From positions 17,602-65,808 of the forward strand of contig CAYNUO010000006.1 in assembly GCA_964400405.1 (NCBI GenBank): DNA of 48,207 bases, read 5' to 3'. A model generated the notes under the pieces. The model was not told the DNA's origin. It saw only the letters and a list, made by a program, of their open reading frames with translations, and did no database searches. The position numbers and the translations under genes are program-made. The DNA comes from an uncultured Bifidobacteriaceae bacterium. GTDB lineage: Bacteria > Acidobacteriota > Vicinamibacteria > Vicinamibacterales > UBA2999. The first letter of the stretch is position 1; every line of letters starts with the position of its first letter. Below, piece by piece: positions 19,889 to 28,769 of the stretch.

Positions 19889-20665
19889 GTGCTCGAATAC
19901 GACCGCTTCGCCGAGATCTACGGCGTGTGGACGAACACCGCCGCGAGCGCGCAGGCGAATCTCGAGTTCTATCTCTCCGCATACGCGGCAGCCGAGGGTC
20001 CGGTCGTGGAGCTTGGCGTCGGTGACGGCCGGATTGCGGTCGAGGCGGCCAGGCGGGGTCGCGACGTCGTCGGAGTGGACCTCTCGCCCGCGATGCTCGC
20101 GCTGTGCCGCGAACGTGCGAAGCAGGCCGGCGTGCTGTCGCGGGTGACGCTGATTGAGGGCGATTTCCGCTCCTTCGTCCTGCCCGAACCTGCGGCGCTC
20201 ATCGCGCTGCCGTACCACAGCCTCGGGCACCTGACGACGTTCGACGCCAAGCGTGATGCCATCCGGCACGTCCACTCGCAACTGGCCGAAGGCGGCCGTT
20301 TCATTTTTGACGACTTTCAGATGACGCCGTCCCGGGTGGACGGCATGCGCCGCGTGCAGCTCCGGGCGGCTTTCGAGCGCAACGGCACGGACGCGCTGCT
20401 CTGGGTCACCTCGCTCGTGGACGAGGCTGCGCAGACCATGCGGGTCGTGACCTGGGAAGACGAACTGGACGGGCAGGGCGTCCTGCTCCGGCGGCAGTAC
20501 CGGCCGCTCAGCCTGAGCTGGCTGACCGCCGGGCAGGCCCGGACGCTGCTCGAGGACGCCGGCTTCACCATCGAGGCCTGCTACGGCGATTTCTCCGGCA
20601 CGGCGTTCGATGCGGTCTCGGCGGATGAGCAGGTATGGGTGGCGAGGAAGGGGCGTGTGTCGTGA
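19889..20665 (+). CDS. Class I SAM-dependent methyltransferase (small-molecule type with cap insertion)
   Basis: YDRFAEIY, VVELGVGDGR, GVDLSPAML, GDFR, GGRFIFD; start set at GTG 19889. Confidence 0.9.
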   Translation: MLEYDRFAEIYGVWTNTAASAQANLEFYLSAYAAAEGPVVELGVGDGRIAVEAARRGRDVVGVDLSPAMLALCRERAKQAGVLSRVTLIEGDFRSFVLPEPAALIALPYHSLGHLTTFDAKRDAIRHVHSQLAEGGRFIFDDFQMTPSRVDGMRRVQLRAAFERNGTDALLWVTSLVDEAAQTMRVVTWEDELDGQGVLLRRQYRPLSLSWLTAGQARTLLEDAGFTIEACYGDFSGTAFDAVSADEQVWVARKGRVS

Positions 20666-21021
20666 CCGGGACCACGGGCGTTCGCGATCTGCAGATCACC
20701 TGCATCGTCGGCATCTATCCGCACGAGCGCGTGCAGGAGCAGACGGTCTTTCTGGACATCGAGATCGACTACGACTTCGCGCCGGCGGCCGCGTCGGACG
20801 CGCTGGCCGACGTGATCGACTACGACGCGGTCGTGTCGGCTGTCACGGGACTCGTGCGCGAACGGAAGTTCCAGCTCATCGAGACGATGGCGGAGCAGGC
20901 GGCGGCGCTGCTGCTCGCGCGCGTGCCGCAGGCGACGGCCGTGCGTCTCGAGGTCAGGAAGCCCGCCGCGGTCCCTGCGGCCCGGCACTCGTTCGTCCGC
21001 GTGGAGCGGACCCGTCCATGA
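20662..21021 (+). CDS. folB: Dihydroneopterin aldolase/epimerase (FolB/FolX T-fold family)
   Basis: GIYPHER, IDY, LIE, KP conserved residues; GTGA overlap with the methyltransferase. Confidence 0.9.
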   Translation: MTGTTGVRDLQITCIVGIYPHERVQEQTVFLDIEIDYDFAPAAASDALADVIDYDAVVSAVTGLVRERKFQLIETMAEQAAALLLARVPQATAVRLEVRKPAAVPAARHSFVRVERTRP

Positions 21022-21785
21022 GCGCCGCGTCCATCGTGGCGCCACCGGTGCCTCCACCTGGCGGTGCGGTCAGGCCCGTCGCGGTCGTCACGGGTGGAGC
21101 CCGGCGTCTGGGCCGTCACCTGTGCCTGTGGCTCGCGGCGCGCGGCTTCGACCTCGTGTGCTTCTACCGGTCGTCCGCGGCTGACGCGGAGAGCCTCGTC
21201 GCCGAGGTCGAGCGGAGCGGCGGGCGCGCACGGGCACTCCAGGTGGACGTCAGCCGGCAGGAGGACGTGGCCGCAGCCTTTGCCGGGATCCGCGGCCGCG
21301 AAGGGCGCGTCGACCTGCTGGTCAACAACGTCGGCAACTACAACCCGCAGGATGTCACCGCGCTGGACCCGGCCGTCTGGGACGCCACCATCGGCGCCAA
21401 TCTGTCGGGCGCGTACTACTGCTGCTATCACGCCCTCCCGCTGATGCCGGATGGCGGTCAGATCGTCAGCATCGGCATGGCGGGCCTCGAGGGCATCCGC
21501 GCGAACCGTCGCGGAGCCGACTACTACGTCAGCAAGACCGGCCTGCTCGTGCTGACCCGTGCTCTGGCGGCGGGATACGCCTCCCGCAAGATCCGCGTGA
21601 ACATGATTTCGCCTGGCCAGCTCGAGAACTCCATCGACCTGCCTGCGCCCGACCAGATGGGCCGCACCGTGCCGCTGGCGAGGGCCGGCACGCTCGACGA
21701 CGTGGCGCAGGCACTGGGCTACCTGCTCGACGCCGGCTATGTCACCGGCGTGAACATCGACGTCGCGGGCGGCTACCGGCTGTAG
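21018..21785 (+). CDS. SDR oxidoreductase, pteridine reductase (FolM/PTR1)-like
   Basis: TGGARRLG, YRSS, LVNN, YxxxK (YVSK), IRVNMISPG, VTG...VAGG; ATGA overlap with folB. Confidence 0.8.
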   Translation: MSAASIVAPPVPPPGGAVRPVAVVTGGARRLGRHLCLWLAARGFDLVCFYRSSAADAESLVAEVERSGGRARALQVDVSRQEDVAAAFAGIRGREGRVDLLVNNVGNYNPQDVTALDPAVWDATIGANLSGAYYCCYHALPLMPDGGQIVSIGMAGLEGIRANRRGADYYVSKTGLLVLTRALAAGYASRKIRVNMISPGQLENSIDLPAPDQMGRTVPLARAGTLDDVAQALGYLLDAGYVTGVNIDVAGGYRL

Positions 21786-21804
21786 CAGGCCCGCTTTCGC
21801 TGGC

Positions 21805-22974
21805 ATGCCGGCCGCGTCATCTCTCATCCCCCTCTGGGACCGCGCCGACGAGTGGCGTCGCCGCCTCGCGATGATCGAGGACGCGCGGTCGTTCCTCTAT
21901 CTCTCGACCTTCTACATCGAGTGGGATGCCTACGGGCGCGAACTCCTCGACGCGCTCGAGCGCGCGGCGAGACGCGGTGTTGCCGTGTCGCTGCTGGTCG
22001 ACGGCTTCGGTCAACGACTGGGCGGTGTGCTCATGACGCCCGAGGTGCGCCGGGCCCTGGATGCGCGCCTCGAGGCGCTTCGCGCCCTGGGCGCCGACGT
22101 CCGGTTCTACCGGCCGGGTCACCTCGTCCAGCGGCTCGTGGGCGGAGGGCAGCACATCAAGATTCAGGCGGCCGATACCGGCGAGGTCATCACCGGGAGC
22201 AGCAACATCACGAAAAGCTCGTTCGAGGGCTGGAACGAGTTCTCGGTGGCCGTGCGGGGGCCGATCGCCCGGGCCGTCCTCGAGAGCTGGCCCCTGGCCG
22301 GCGGCACGGTCGAACGCGCCCACCTCGAGCAGCTGCATGGCGCGGCCGGCGCACCGGCCGAGGCGGGTCCGTCATCGATCGCCGGTTCGTTCGACTACTG
22401 GTGCTGCAATCCGAACCTCCACCAGACCTGGCTCGGTCCCTTTGGCTGGCGGGGTCCGAACACGGTGACCGACCGCATGGTGGCGATGCTGGACGCCGCC
22501 ACCGCCACCGTCTCGATCACGGCGTTCTACTTCAAGCCGACGCCGGTGCTGATGGACGCCGTCCTCCGCGCCGCCAGGCGCGGCGTGCGCGTCGAGGTGT
22601 TCCACTCGCACCGCGACGCGCTTCCTGCCACCGACCTCGCGTGGATAGCCGCGGCAGCAGGCTACGGCCGGCTGCTGCAGGCCGGCGTGACCATCCACGA
22701 GAACCGCCGGGGTGAGCATTCGAAGATCGTGCTCGTGGACGGCGGCTGGGCCGCGTTCGGCAGCTACAACTTCGAGGACGCCGCGCACGACCGCCTCGCG
22801 GAGGCCATGCTCGCCACGCGTGATGCGGACGTCGTCGCGGCGGTCCACGCGATCATCGAAGGGCTCCGCCGGGACCCCGAGACCGTCCTGGTCACCGGAG
22901 ACTGGGCGCGGCAGCTGCCGTGGACGGTGCGTGGGAAGATGGCAGTAATGCAGACCTTCAAGCGGTGGATGTAG
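21805..22974 (+). CDS. Phospholipase D superfamily protein, soluble cardiolipin synthase (ClsB/ClsC)-like
   Basis: Two HKD motifs (HIKIQAAD..GSSN; HSKIVLVD..GSYN), AARRGV twice, no N-terminal TM helices. Confidence 0.88.
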   Translation: MPAASSLIPLWDRADEWRRRLAMIEDARSFLYLSTFYIEWDAYGRELLDALERAARRGVAVSLLVDGFGQRLGGVLMTPEVRRALDARLEALRALGADVRFYRPGHLVQRLVGGGQHIKIQAADTGEVITGSSNITKSSFEGWNEFSVAVRGPIARAVLESWPLAGGTVERAHLEQLHGAAGAPAEAGPSSIAGSFDYWCCNPNLHQTWLGPFGWRGPNTVTDRMVAMLDAATATVSITAFYFKPTPVLMDAVLRAARRGVRVEVFHSHRDALPATDLAWIAAAAGYGRLLQAGVTIHENRRGEHSKIVLVDGGWAAFGSYNFEDAAHDRLAEAMLATRDADVVAAVHAIIEGLRRDPETVLVTGDWARQLPWTVRGKMAVMQTFKRWM

Positions 22975-22979
22975 GACCG

Positions 22980-23546
22980 ATGCAGTTCACGGAGATCGAG
23001 CACAAGTTCGTGGTCGGGGCCGCGTTCGACCTCGACGCATTCCGTGCCGCCGTGGAGGCGCTGCGCCCCGGGGCGTTGCGGACCTTCGCCCTGCGTGTGC
23101 GGGACCGGTACTTCCTGACCGAGCACGGCCGGGCACGGCGGTATGTCATCCGCCACCGGTACGACGACGAGCTCCACCACCTCACAGTGAAGGCGCTCGA
23201 GACGGATCCCGAAGTGCGGAGCGAGATCAATCTCGACCTTGGCCAGCACGCCGGGGATCAGGCGGCCGCCGTGGACGCCTTCCTCGCCACGCTGGGGGCC
23301 GTGTGGGAAGGGGACGTGTCCAAGGACATCGAGGTCTGGGAGTTCGCGGACTGCGAGGTCGTCCACTACCGGGCCACCGGCGGCGGTCGTGAAGTCCACT
23401 GCGTGGAGTTCGAGGCCAAGCATGCCGCGACGGTGGAGGAGGCCGTCGGCATTCTGGCCCGCTACGAACGCGAGACCGGCTTCGGCGATGCGACGCGCAG
23501 CATGGCGTCGCTGGTCGACCTGCTGTTCCCGGGCGCGCTGCGCTGA
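22980..23546 (+). CDS. CYTH / triphosphate tunnel metalloenzyme domain protein
   Basis: N-terminal ExExK (EIEHKF), DRYF, RHR, LTVK, RSEI, C-terminal EFE. Confidence 0.8.
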   Translation: MQFTEIEHKFVVGAAFDLDAFRAAVEALRPGALRTFALRVRDRYFLTEHGRARRYVIRHRYDDELHHLTVKALETDPEVRSEINLDLGQHAGDQAAAVDAFLATLGAVWEGDVSKDIEVWEFADCEVVHYRATGGGREVHCVEFEAKHAATVEEAVGILARYERETGFGDATRSMASLVDLLFPGALR

Positions 23547-23556
23547 GCCGGCCGGC

Positions 23557-24333
23557 CTACCAGGCCAGCACGCCGCCGTCGACCGGCAGGACGTGGCCGG
23601 TCACGTAGCGCGCGGCATCCGACGCGAGAAAGACCACCACGTGGCCGAGTTCGCCCGGGCGTCCGATCCGGGCCATCGGCGTGAGCCGCTCGATCCGGGC
23701 GCGGCCGTGCTCGATGACGGCTGCGGACATGCGCGTATCGAAGAAGCCCGGTGCGACGGCGTTGACGCGGATGCCGTGACGCGCCCACTTCACCGCCAGG
23801 TCCCGCGTCAGCGCGATTACCGCACCCTTGCTGGCCGCGTACCCGGTCGCGTCGAGAACCTCGGGCGCCGTACCGACGAGGCCCGCGACCGACGCGACGT
23901 TGACGATGGCGCCTCCGGTCTTCCGCATCACGCGCATCGCGGCCTGCGCCATCAGGAACGTGCCGGTCACGTTGGTCGCCAGCACGTCGTTCCATTTCTC
24001 GACTGGCAGGTCTTCGGCCGGCGCGCCCCATGAGATGCCGGCGTTGTTGACGAGGATGTCGAGCCCACCGAGCGCCTCGACGGTGTCGCGCACGGTCCGC
24101 GTGGCCTGGGCGGCGTCGGCCACGTCGCTCTCGATGACCCGGCAGGTGTGCCCGCGGCGGCGCAGCTCTTCGGCGGCGGAGGTCAGCCACGAGAGGCGGC
24201 GTCCCGTGATCGCGACGGCTGCGCCGGCCTCCGCGAGGGCTATCGCCGTTTCGAGGCCCAGCCCGCGTGAGCCGCCGGTCACCAGCGCGGTCCGGTTGGT
24301 GAGGTCGAAGAGAGAGGGAACGTCGGCGGGCAT
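23557..24333 (-). CDS. SDR oxidoreductase (gluconate 5-dehydrogenase-like)
   Basis: LFDL, TGGSRGLG, NNAG, NVAS, YAASK, VNAVAPG, VDGG; start set at ATG 24333. Confidence 0.9.
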   Translation of the reverse strand: MPADVPSLFDLTNRTALVTGGSRGLGLETAIALAEAGAAVAITGRRLSWLTSAAEELRRRGHTCRVIESDVADAAQATRTVRDTVEALGGLDILVNNAGISWGAPAEDLPVEKWNDVLATNVTGTFLMAQAAMRVMRKTGGAIVNVASVAGLVGTAPEVLDATGYAASKGAVIALTRDLAVKWARHGIRVNAVAPGFFDTRMSAAVIEHGRARIERLTPMARIGRPGELGHVVVFLASDAARYVTGHVLPVDGGVLAW

Positions 24334-24390
24334 CGTCGGTATCATAGCGGCCGGCGCGCGCACGGACGCGCGCACGAGGAGCGCTGCGTC

Positions 24391-24864
24391 ATGACCACCG
24401 CATTCGATCAGCTGTTGACCCGGTACGAGGACGGAGGGCTGGACCGCCGCTCATTCCTGCAGGCCGTGACGGCGGTCGCCGTCGCCTCGGGTACCGCGTC
24501 CACCGATGCCGCCGGCCTCATCGAGGCTCGTGGTCTTCATCACGTCGAAGTGAAGTCCATTGACTTTCAGAAGACCGGCGAATTCTACAAGACACTGCTT
24601 GGCGTGCCGGTGGAGTTCCGCAAGGACCGCGCGATCGTGCCGCTGGCCGACGGCACACATCTGTCGATCGGCAGTGCACCGACGCAGGCGTCTTTCGACC
24701 ACTACGCTTTCAGCATTCCCGGGATGGACGGCAAGAAGACGCAGGCGCTGGCCGACAGGCTCGCGAAGAGCGGCGTGCAGGCGGCTCCGCGCGGCGAGTC
24801 GCTCTTTGTGACCGACCCCGACGGCCGGCGGTTTCAGATCGTCCCGCCAGACTTCAAGGTCTAG
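24391..24864 (+). CDS. VOC/glyoxalase-family protein with Tat signal
   Basis: DRRSFL Tat motif, LHHV, FY..LLG, DHYAF, TDPDG; SD GAGGAG. Confidence 0.85.
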   Translation: MTTAFDQLLTRYEDGGLDRRSFLQAVTAVAVASGTASTDAAGLIEARGLHHVEVKSIDFQKTGEFYKTLLGVPVEFRKDRAIVPLADGTHLSIGSAPTQASFDHYAFSIPGMDGKKTQALADRLAKSGVQAAPRGESLFVTDPDGRRFQIVPPDFKV

Positions 24865-24876
24865 GCATGCCGACGT

Positions 24877-25962
24877 TCATCGGGGGGACTCCACCGCCAG
24901 CAGCTCGGTCACGGGATTGTCGCCTGAGACGTGGACGGAGACCGTGGCGCCCGTCGGAAGCACCACCGGCGTGACGAGCCAGTAGCGCCGGTTCCAATCG
25001 GGCCGCGGCGCGCGGAGCAGGAGGAGCGGGACCTCTTCGCCTGAGGGAAGCGAGGCTGTCACCTGCACGGCATTCAACTGCTCGTGCAGGAGCGTGCGGA
25101 CGGCCAGGATGCGAACCGGGGCACGGAGCGTCAACGTGTCGTCGAATGACAGTGCCGTGATCCGGCCGCCCGATGCCGGCGGGTCAGTCGTATAGAGGCC
25201 GATACGGGTTCTGTCGCCGCCGATCGCCGCGCCGGCCTGACGTGCCCTCCGATAGACAACCGTGACGCGCAGGCGAGCTTGTGCCGGGACTCTGAACGCG
25301 GTTCCGGCCGGTGCGTCCGTCATGACCTCGCCGGGGACCCATGCGGCCAGGACCTCGCCACCGGCGACTTCGACGGTGACGGCCCTCACCACCGAACGGT
25401 CACCCGGCAGAATGTCCGCAGCACGGATCCACGTGTCCTGCCTGAACTCCGTGGCGATCATGAAGACCTGCTGCACGTCCGCGGTGCCCTCTGGAGGGCT
25501 GAGGTCCGGCAGTGCGAACACGTGATCCGGCTCGCCCGCGGGCCAGCCGGCAGCCGGGCCACCGGCCTCCGGCAGCGGCCGCGCCTCCCCTTCCGGTGTC
25601 CCGCCCGAGGCCCAGGTCATCAGGACATCCAGCTTGTCCGCCGGAAGGACGTGCGTGCCGCGCACGCCAGGGCCCGTGCGATCCGCGAACCACGGGGGCA
25701 TGGCCTCACTGGTCAGCTGCTCCCGGATCGCGTCGGCCCGGGATGCGGCCTCCGTGTAGGAGAGCAGGGACATCCCCGGCCCGCCCGGGAAGTGACAGGC
25801 GCCGCAGTGCTCACGCAGGATCGGATACACATCTCGCGTATAGGTGTAGCGGGAGGCAATCGGCGTGTGCGCGGCCAGTTCCGGTCTGCCGATCGCGGCC
25901 ACCAGGGCGAGCGCCATGGTGCCCGCCGCGGCGAGACCGCGCGCCGCGTCAGTGCGCGGCAT
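24877..25962 (-). CDS. Exported monoheme c-type cytochrome fused to a degenerate Cu type II monooxygenase-like domain
   Basis: Signal peptide, TYTRDVYPIL, CGACH, MPPW (axial Met), W..GGTPEG, GEPD, P.LP.G. Confidence 0.7.
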   Translation of the reverse strand: MPRTDAARGLAAAGTMALALVAAIGRPELAAHTPIASRYTYTRDVYPILREHCGACHFPGGPGMSLLSYTEAASRADAIREQLTSEAMPPWFADRTGPGVRGTHVLPADKLDVLMTWASGGTPEGEARPLPEAGGPAAGWPAGEPDHVFALPDLSPPEGTADVQQVFMIATEFRQDTWIRAADILPGDRSVVRAVTVEVAGGEVLAAWVPGEVMTDAPAGTAFRVPAQARLRVTVVYRRARQAGAAIGGDRTRIGLYTTDPPASGGRITALSFDDTLTLRAPVRILAVRTLLHEQLNAVQVTASLPSGEEVPLLLLRAPRPDWNRRYWLVTPVVLPTGATVSVHVSGDNPVTELLAVESPR

Positions 25963-26374
25963 AGGCGTTGGTGATCGCCGTCACGGCTGCGGAGAACCGC
26001 TCGAAGGCATGAGTCGCGTTGACCTGATCACCCGCGTCGCCGAGGGCATCGAGGGTCCACGCCGACAGCACCAGCCGCCGAACCGCTTCGCTGGCGGCCA
26101 TTCGGGCTGACTCCGGAAGGGTGTCCACGTGCGTGTCCAGTCGGAGCGCCACATCCTTCGCCAGCAGGGCAGGGAGGTAGAGACTGCCCAGCTGGCCACC
26201 GTCGAGCACGCGCCTCGCCTCGTCATGCCGTGCCTGCAGCAGCGCCACGAGTTCGGGGGGCGTACGAGGCAGGGACTCCCGCGCCCTGCTCAGAGCGGCC
26301 GCCGGGTCGTCCTGCGCCGCCTGAGCAGACGCCGGTCCCAACGCGAGCAGCGTCACGGCCAGCAGCGTTCTCAT
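25949..26374 (-). CDS. Small exported helical hypothetical protein
   Basis: Signal peptide (AQA), amphipathic helices, 14-bp overlap with the downstream gene. Confidence 0.7.
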   Translation of the reverse strand: MRTLLAVTLLALGPASAQAAQDDPAAALSRARESLPRTPPELVALLQARHDEARRVLDGGQLGSLYLPALLAKDVALRLDTHVDTLPESARMAASEAVRRLVLSAWTLDALGDAGDQVNATHAFERFSAAVTAITNAYAAH

Positions 26375-26403
26375 CCGGGTCGATCCTATCTGGTCAGCAC
26401 CTT

Positions 26404-28758
26404 CTAGAAAGAGACCTGCAGCGATGCCCTGGCCGAACGCGGGATGGCCGCATGGAAGTGGATGTCGGCAACGGGCGCCGGCTCGTCCCTGAGCTGCGAT
26501 TCAAAGAAGTAGTCGATGTCGGAGACCCGCTGATCGAGCAGGTTGAACCCGGTGACGAAGATGCGCACCTGCTCCGAGAATTTGTAACCGATCTCCCCGT
26601 TGATGATGGTCGTGGCCCTCGACCGGATACTCCCATCCTCGATGAGTGGACGGGGACCGAAGTGGCGGACGCGCAGGCTGCCGAAGGCGCCGGTGGCATG
26701 GCCGGCCGGCGGCATCACGGCGACGCCCGCGGCGAGGACGCGGTTCAGCGCCCCCGGGATCAACGATGCGTCCGCAAGGACACCCGTGTAGCGGGCACGC
26801 GAGAAGGAGATGTCCGCGTCCAGCGAGACCCAGGGACTGGGATACAGGTAGCTGGTCAGCTCCAGACCGGTCCGCCGGCTGGAGGGCCCGGCCTCGGTGC
26901 TGCCGGAGTCACCCACGTACACGAGTTCCGAATCGAAACCGAGGTACCAGAGCGTGGCCGTGAGCTGGGCGCGCTTCAGGGCCACGGTGCGGATGCCGAC
27001 CTCGGCGCCGCGCGCCTGGGCGAACGGCTGCGACGGCGTGGCCGGGTCACCCGTGAAGGGGTCGGACTTCAGCATGATGCCGAGCCCGGAGTTGGAGTGA
27101 TAGCCCGTGCCGGCATTCGCATAGATCTCCGTGCCGTTCCACGGACCGAAGGCCGCCGAGACCTTCGGGTTGACGATGGCGGCGGCGGTCTTCCCGGAAT
27201 TGACGGGGTTGTTGCTGTCGACGGCCCAGCGGTACACGCTGCCACGCAGGCCAAACGTGGTCCTGACGCGCCGGCTCCATTCCACCTCCGATTCACCGAA
27301 CAGGCCCACCGCGGTCTGGTTGGCCTGGTCCGCGCGCACGGTCGCGCGGCGGACGGTGGCGGTCGTCAGGTAGAGTCCGAGCGGTCCCCCGACTGCGTCG
27401 TTGCGGATGTCCACGCCAACCAGGCTCTCCGTGTGCCGGCCGCCGATGCGCTGCTGATGCCGGTGCGTCACCTTGCCGCCCAGGGTCCAGCGCTCCTCGA
27501 ACTGCTCGAACTGGTCGCCGTGATCACGATCCCGCAGGAAATACGTGAAGTTGTGGAACAGCTGCACGCCGTACCGCTGCGCGTAGGCGGTCACGCGCGT
27601 CGAGTCGTTTGTGGAGGAGTGCTGCCAGTCCACGACACCCGCGTACCGGAACGTCTCGCCGCCGTCTGTCTCCTCGATGAAGCCGAAGCGGCTGATGAGC
27701 CCGGCGTCGACGGCGCGCCGCGGAATCTGGTCCGTCGAGTGCCAGTGATTCGCGTAGCCGAGAAAGGTGATCGACAGGCCCGTCCGTGCGTCTCCCTGGC
27801 TGTACCGCACGAGCGTGTTGAACTTGTCCTTGTTGTTCGGGCTGACCCACGGACCGCTGTCGCGTTCCCACTCAAGAGCGCCGAGGAGGTGACCGGAGCC
27901 CAACTTCGGAGACGCCGCTGCCAGCACGCGCCCGTACCCGAAGGAGCCGCCGGTCGTGCTCACCAGGGGGCGGTCGAGCACGTTGAAATAGTTGATGTTG
28001 GCTGACCCGGCCGACGAGAAGTCGCCGTTCTCCGCATAGTACGGCCCCTTCCGGAACTGCACGCCGCTGACCAGTTCCGGGATCAGGAAGTTCGCGTCGG
28101 CGTAGCCCTGCGCGTGCGCGTGCGTCGGCATGTTCACAGGGATGCCGGCGATCGTCTGGCCGAAGTCGAACCCGTGATCCAGGTTGAAGCCCCGCAGATA
28201 GTACTGGTTGGCTTTGCCTTCGCCACTGTGCTGGCTGATGACCAGGCCCGGCACGGTCTCGAGGATCTCGGCCGCACGGTTTGCAGGGCGCACGGCCAGC
28301 TGCGCGGCCGTGATCGCGCCCTCGCTGCCGGCCGAGGCCACGCCCACGATGTTCTCCGCGGGCCGCTCGATTTCGGCCAGGTTGCGGAACGTCCGGGGCG
28401 CCGTGATGACGATGTCGGCGCTGGCCGCGACGAACAGCGTGGCGTCCACCGTGGCCGCACCCGATCCCACGACGACCGCACGCCGCACCGAACTGAAGTT
28501 GATCAGCCGGAACGCCACGTCGGCCGGCCCGGCGGGGACGTTCTCGAACAGATACTGGCCGCTCATGTTCGACACGGTCTCCCGCGAGGCGCCGCCCGGC
28601 GGGGACTCGAGTGTGATGCTGACGCCGGGGAGGACGGCACCCGTCTGGTCCATGACGGTGCCGGAGACGCGGCCTCCGGGCTGGGCGGCAGCGGGGATCG
28701 GCATCAGAACGACGGTTGGTACGCCGAGGAGCAGGATGAGAACGAAGCGGTTGAGCAT
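26404..28758 (-). CDS. TonB-dependent receptor, probably for metal uptake
   Basis: ATG 28758 signal peptide, GAVLPGV domain, plug QHSGEGKANQYYLRGFNLDHG, NMPTHAHAQGY, C-terminal F. Confidence 0.9.
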   Translation of the reverse strand: MLNRFVLILLLGVPTVVLMPIPAAAQPGGRVSGTVMDQTGAVLPGVSITLESPPGGASRETVSNMSGQYLFENVPAGPADVAFRLINFSSVRRAVVVGSGAATVDATLFVAASADIVITAPRTFRNLAEIERPAENIVGVASAGSEGAITAAQLAVRPANRAAEILETVPGLVISQHSGEGKANQYYLRGFNLDHGFDFGQTIAGIPVNMPTHAHAQGYADANFLIPELVSGVQFRKGPYYAENGDFSSAGSANINYFNVLDRPLVSTTGGSFGYGRVLAAASPKLGSGHLLGALEWERDSGPWVSPNNKDKFNTLVRYSQGDARTGLSITFLGYANHWHSTDQIPRRAVDAGLISRFGFIEETDGGETFRYAGVVDWQHSSTNDSTRVTAYAQRYGVQLFHNFTYFLRDRDHGDQFEQFEERWTLGGKVTHRHQQRIGGRHTESLVGVDIRNDAVGGPLGLYLTTATVRRATVRADQANQTAVGLFGESEVEWSRRVRTTFGLRGSVYRWAVDSNNPVNSGKTAAAIVNPKVSAAFGPWNGTEIYANAGTGYHSNSGLGIMLKSDPFTGDPATPSQPFAQARGAEVGIRTVALKRAQLTATLWYLGFDSELVYVGDSGSTEAGPSSRRTGLELTSYLYPSPWVSLDADISFSRARYTGVLADASLIPGALNRVLAAGVAVMPPAGHATGAFGSLRVRHFGPRPLIEDGSIRSRATTIINGEIGYKFSEQVRIFVTGFNLLDQRVSDIDYFFESQLRDEPAPVADIHFHAAIPRSARASLQVSF

Positions 28759-28769
28759 GGAGTATCGAG

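Noticed and set aside
20610-21017. Possible FolB-SDR fusion or frameshift suggested by the 391-aa ORF
   Set aside because: The two genes are in different frames with a normal ATGA stop/start overlap; the upstream extension is nonsense.
21805-22974. PLD as a nuclease of an anti-phage system together with the methyltransferase
   Set aside because: Two-HKD Cls-like architecture, and the MTase lacks DNA-MTase motifs (DPPY/NPPY/PC); no helicase or other defence genes nearby.
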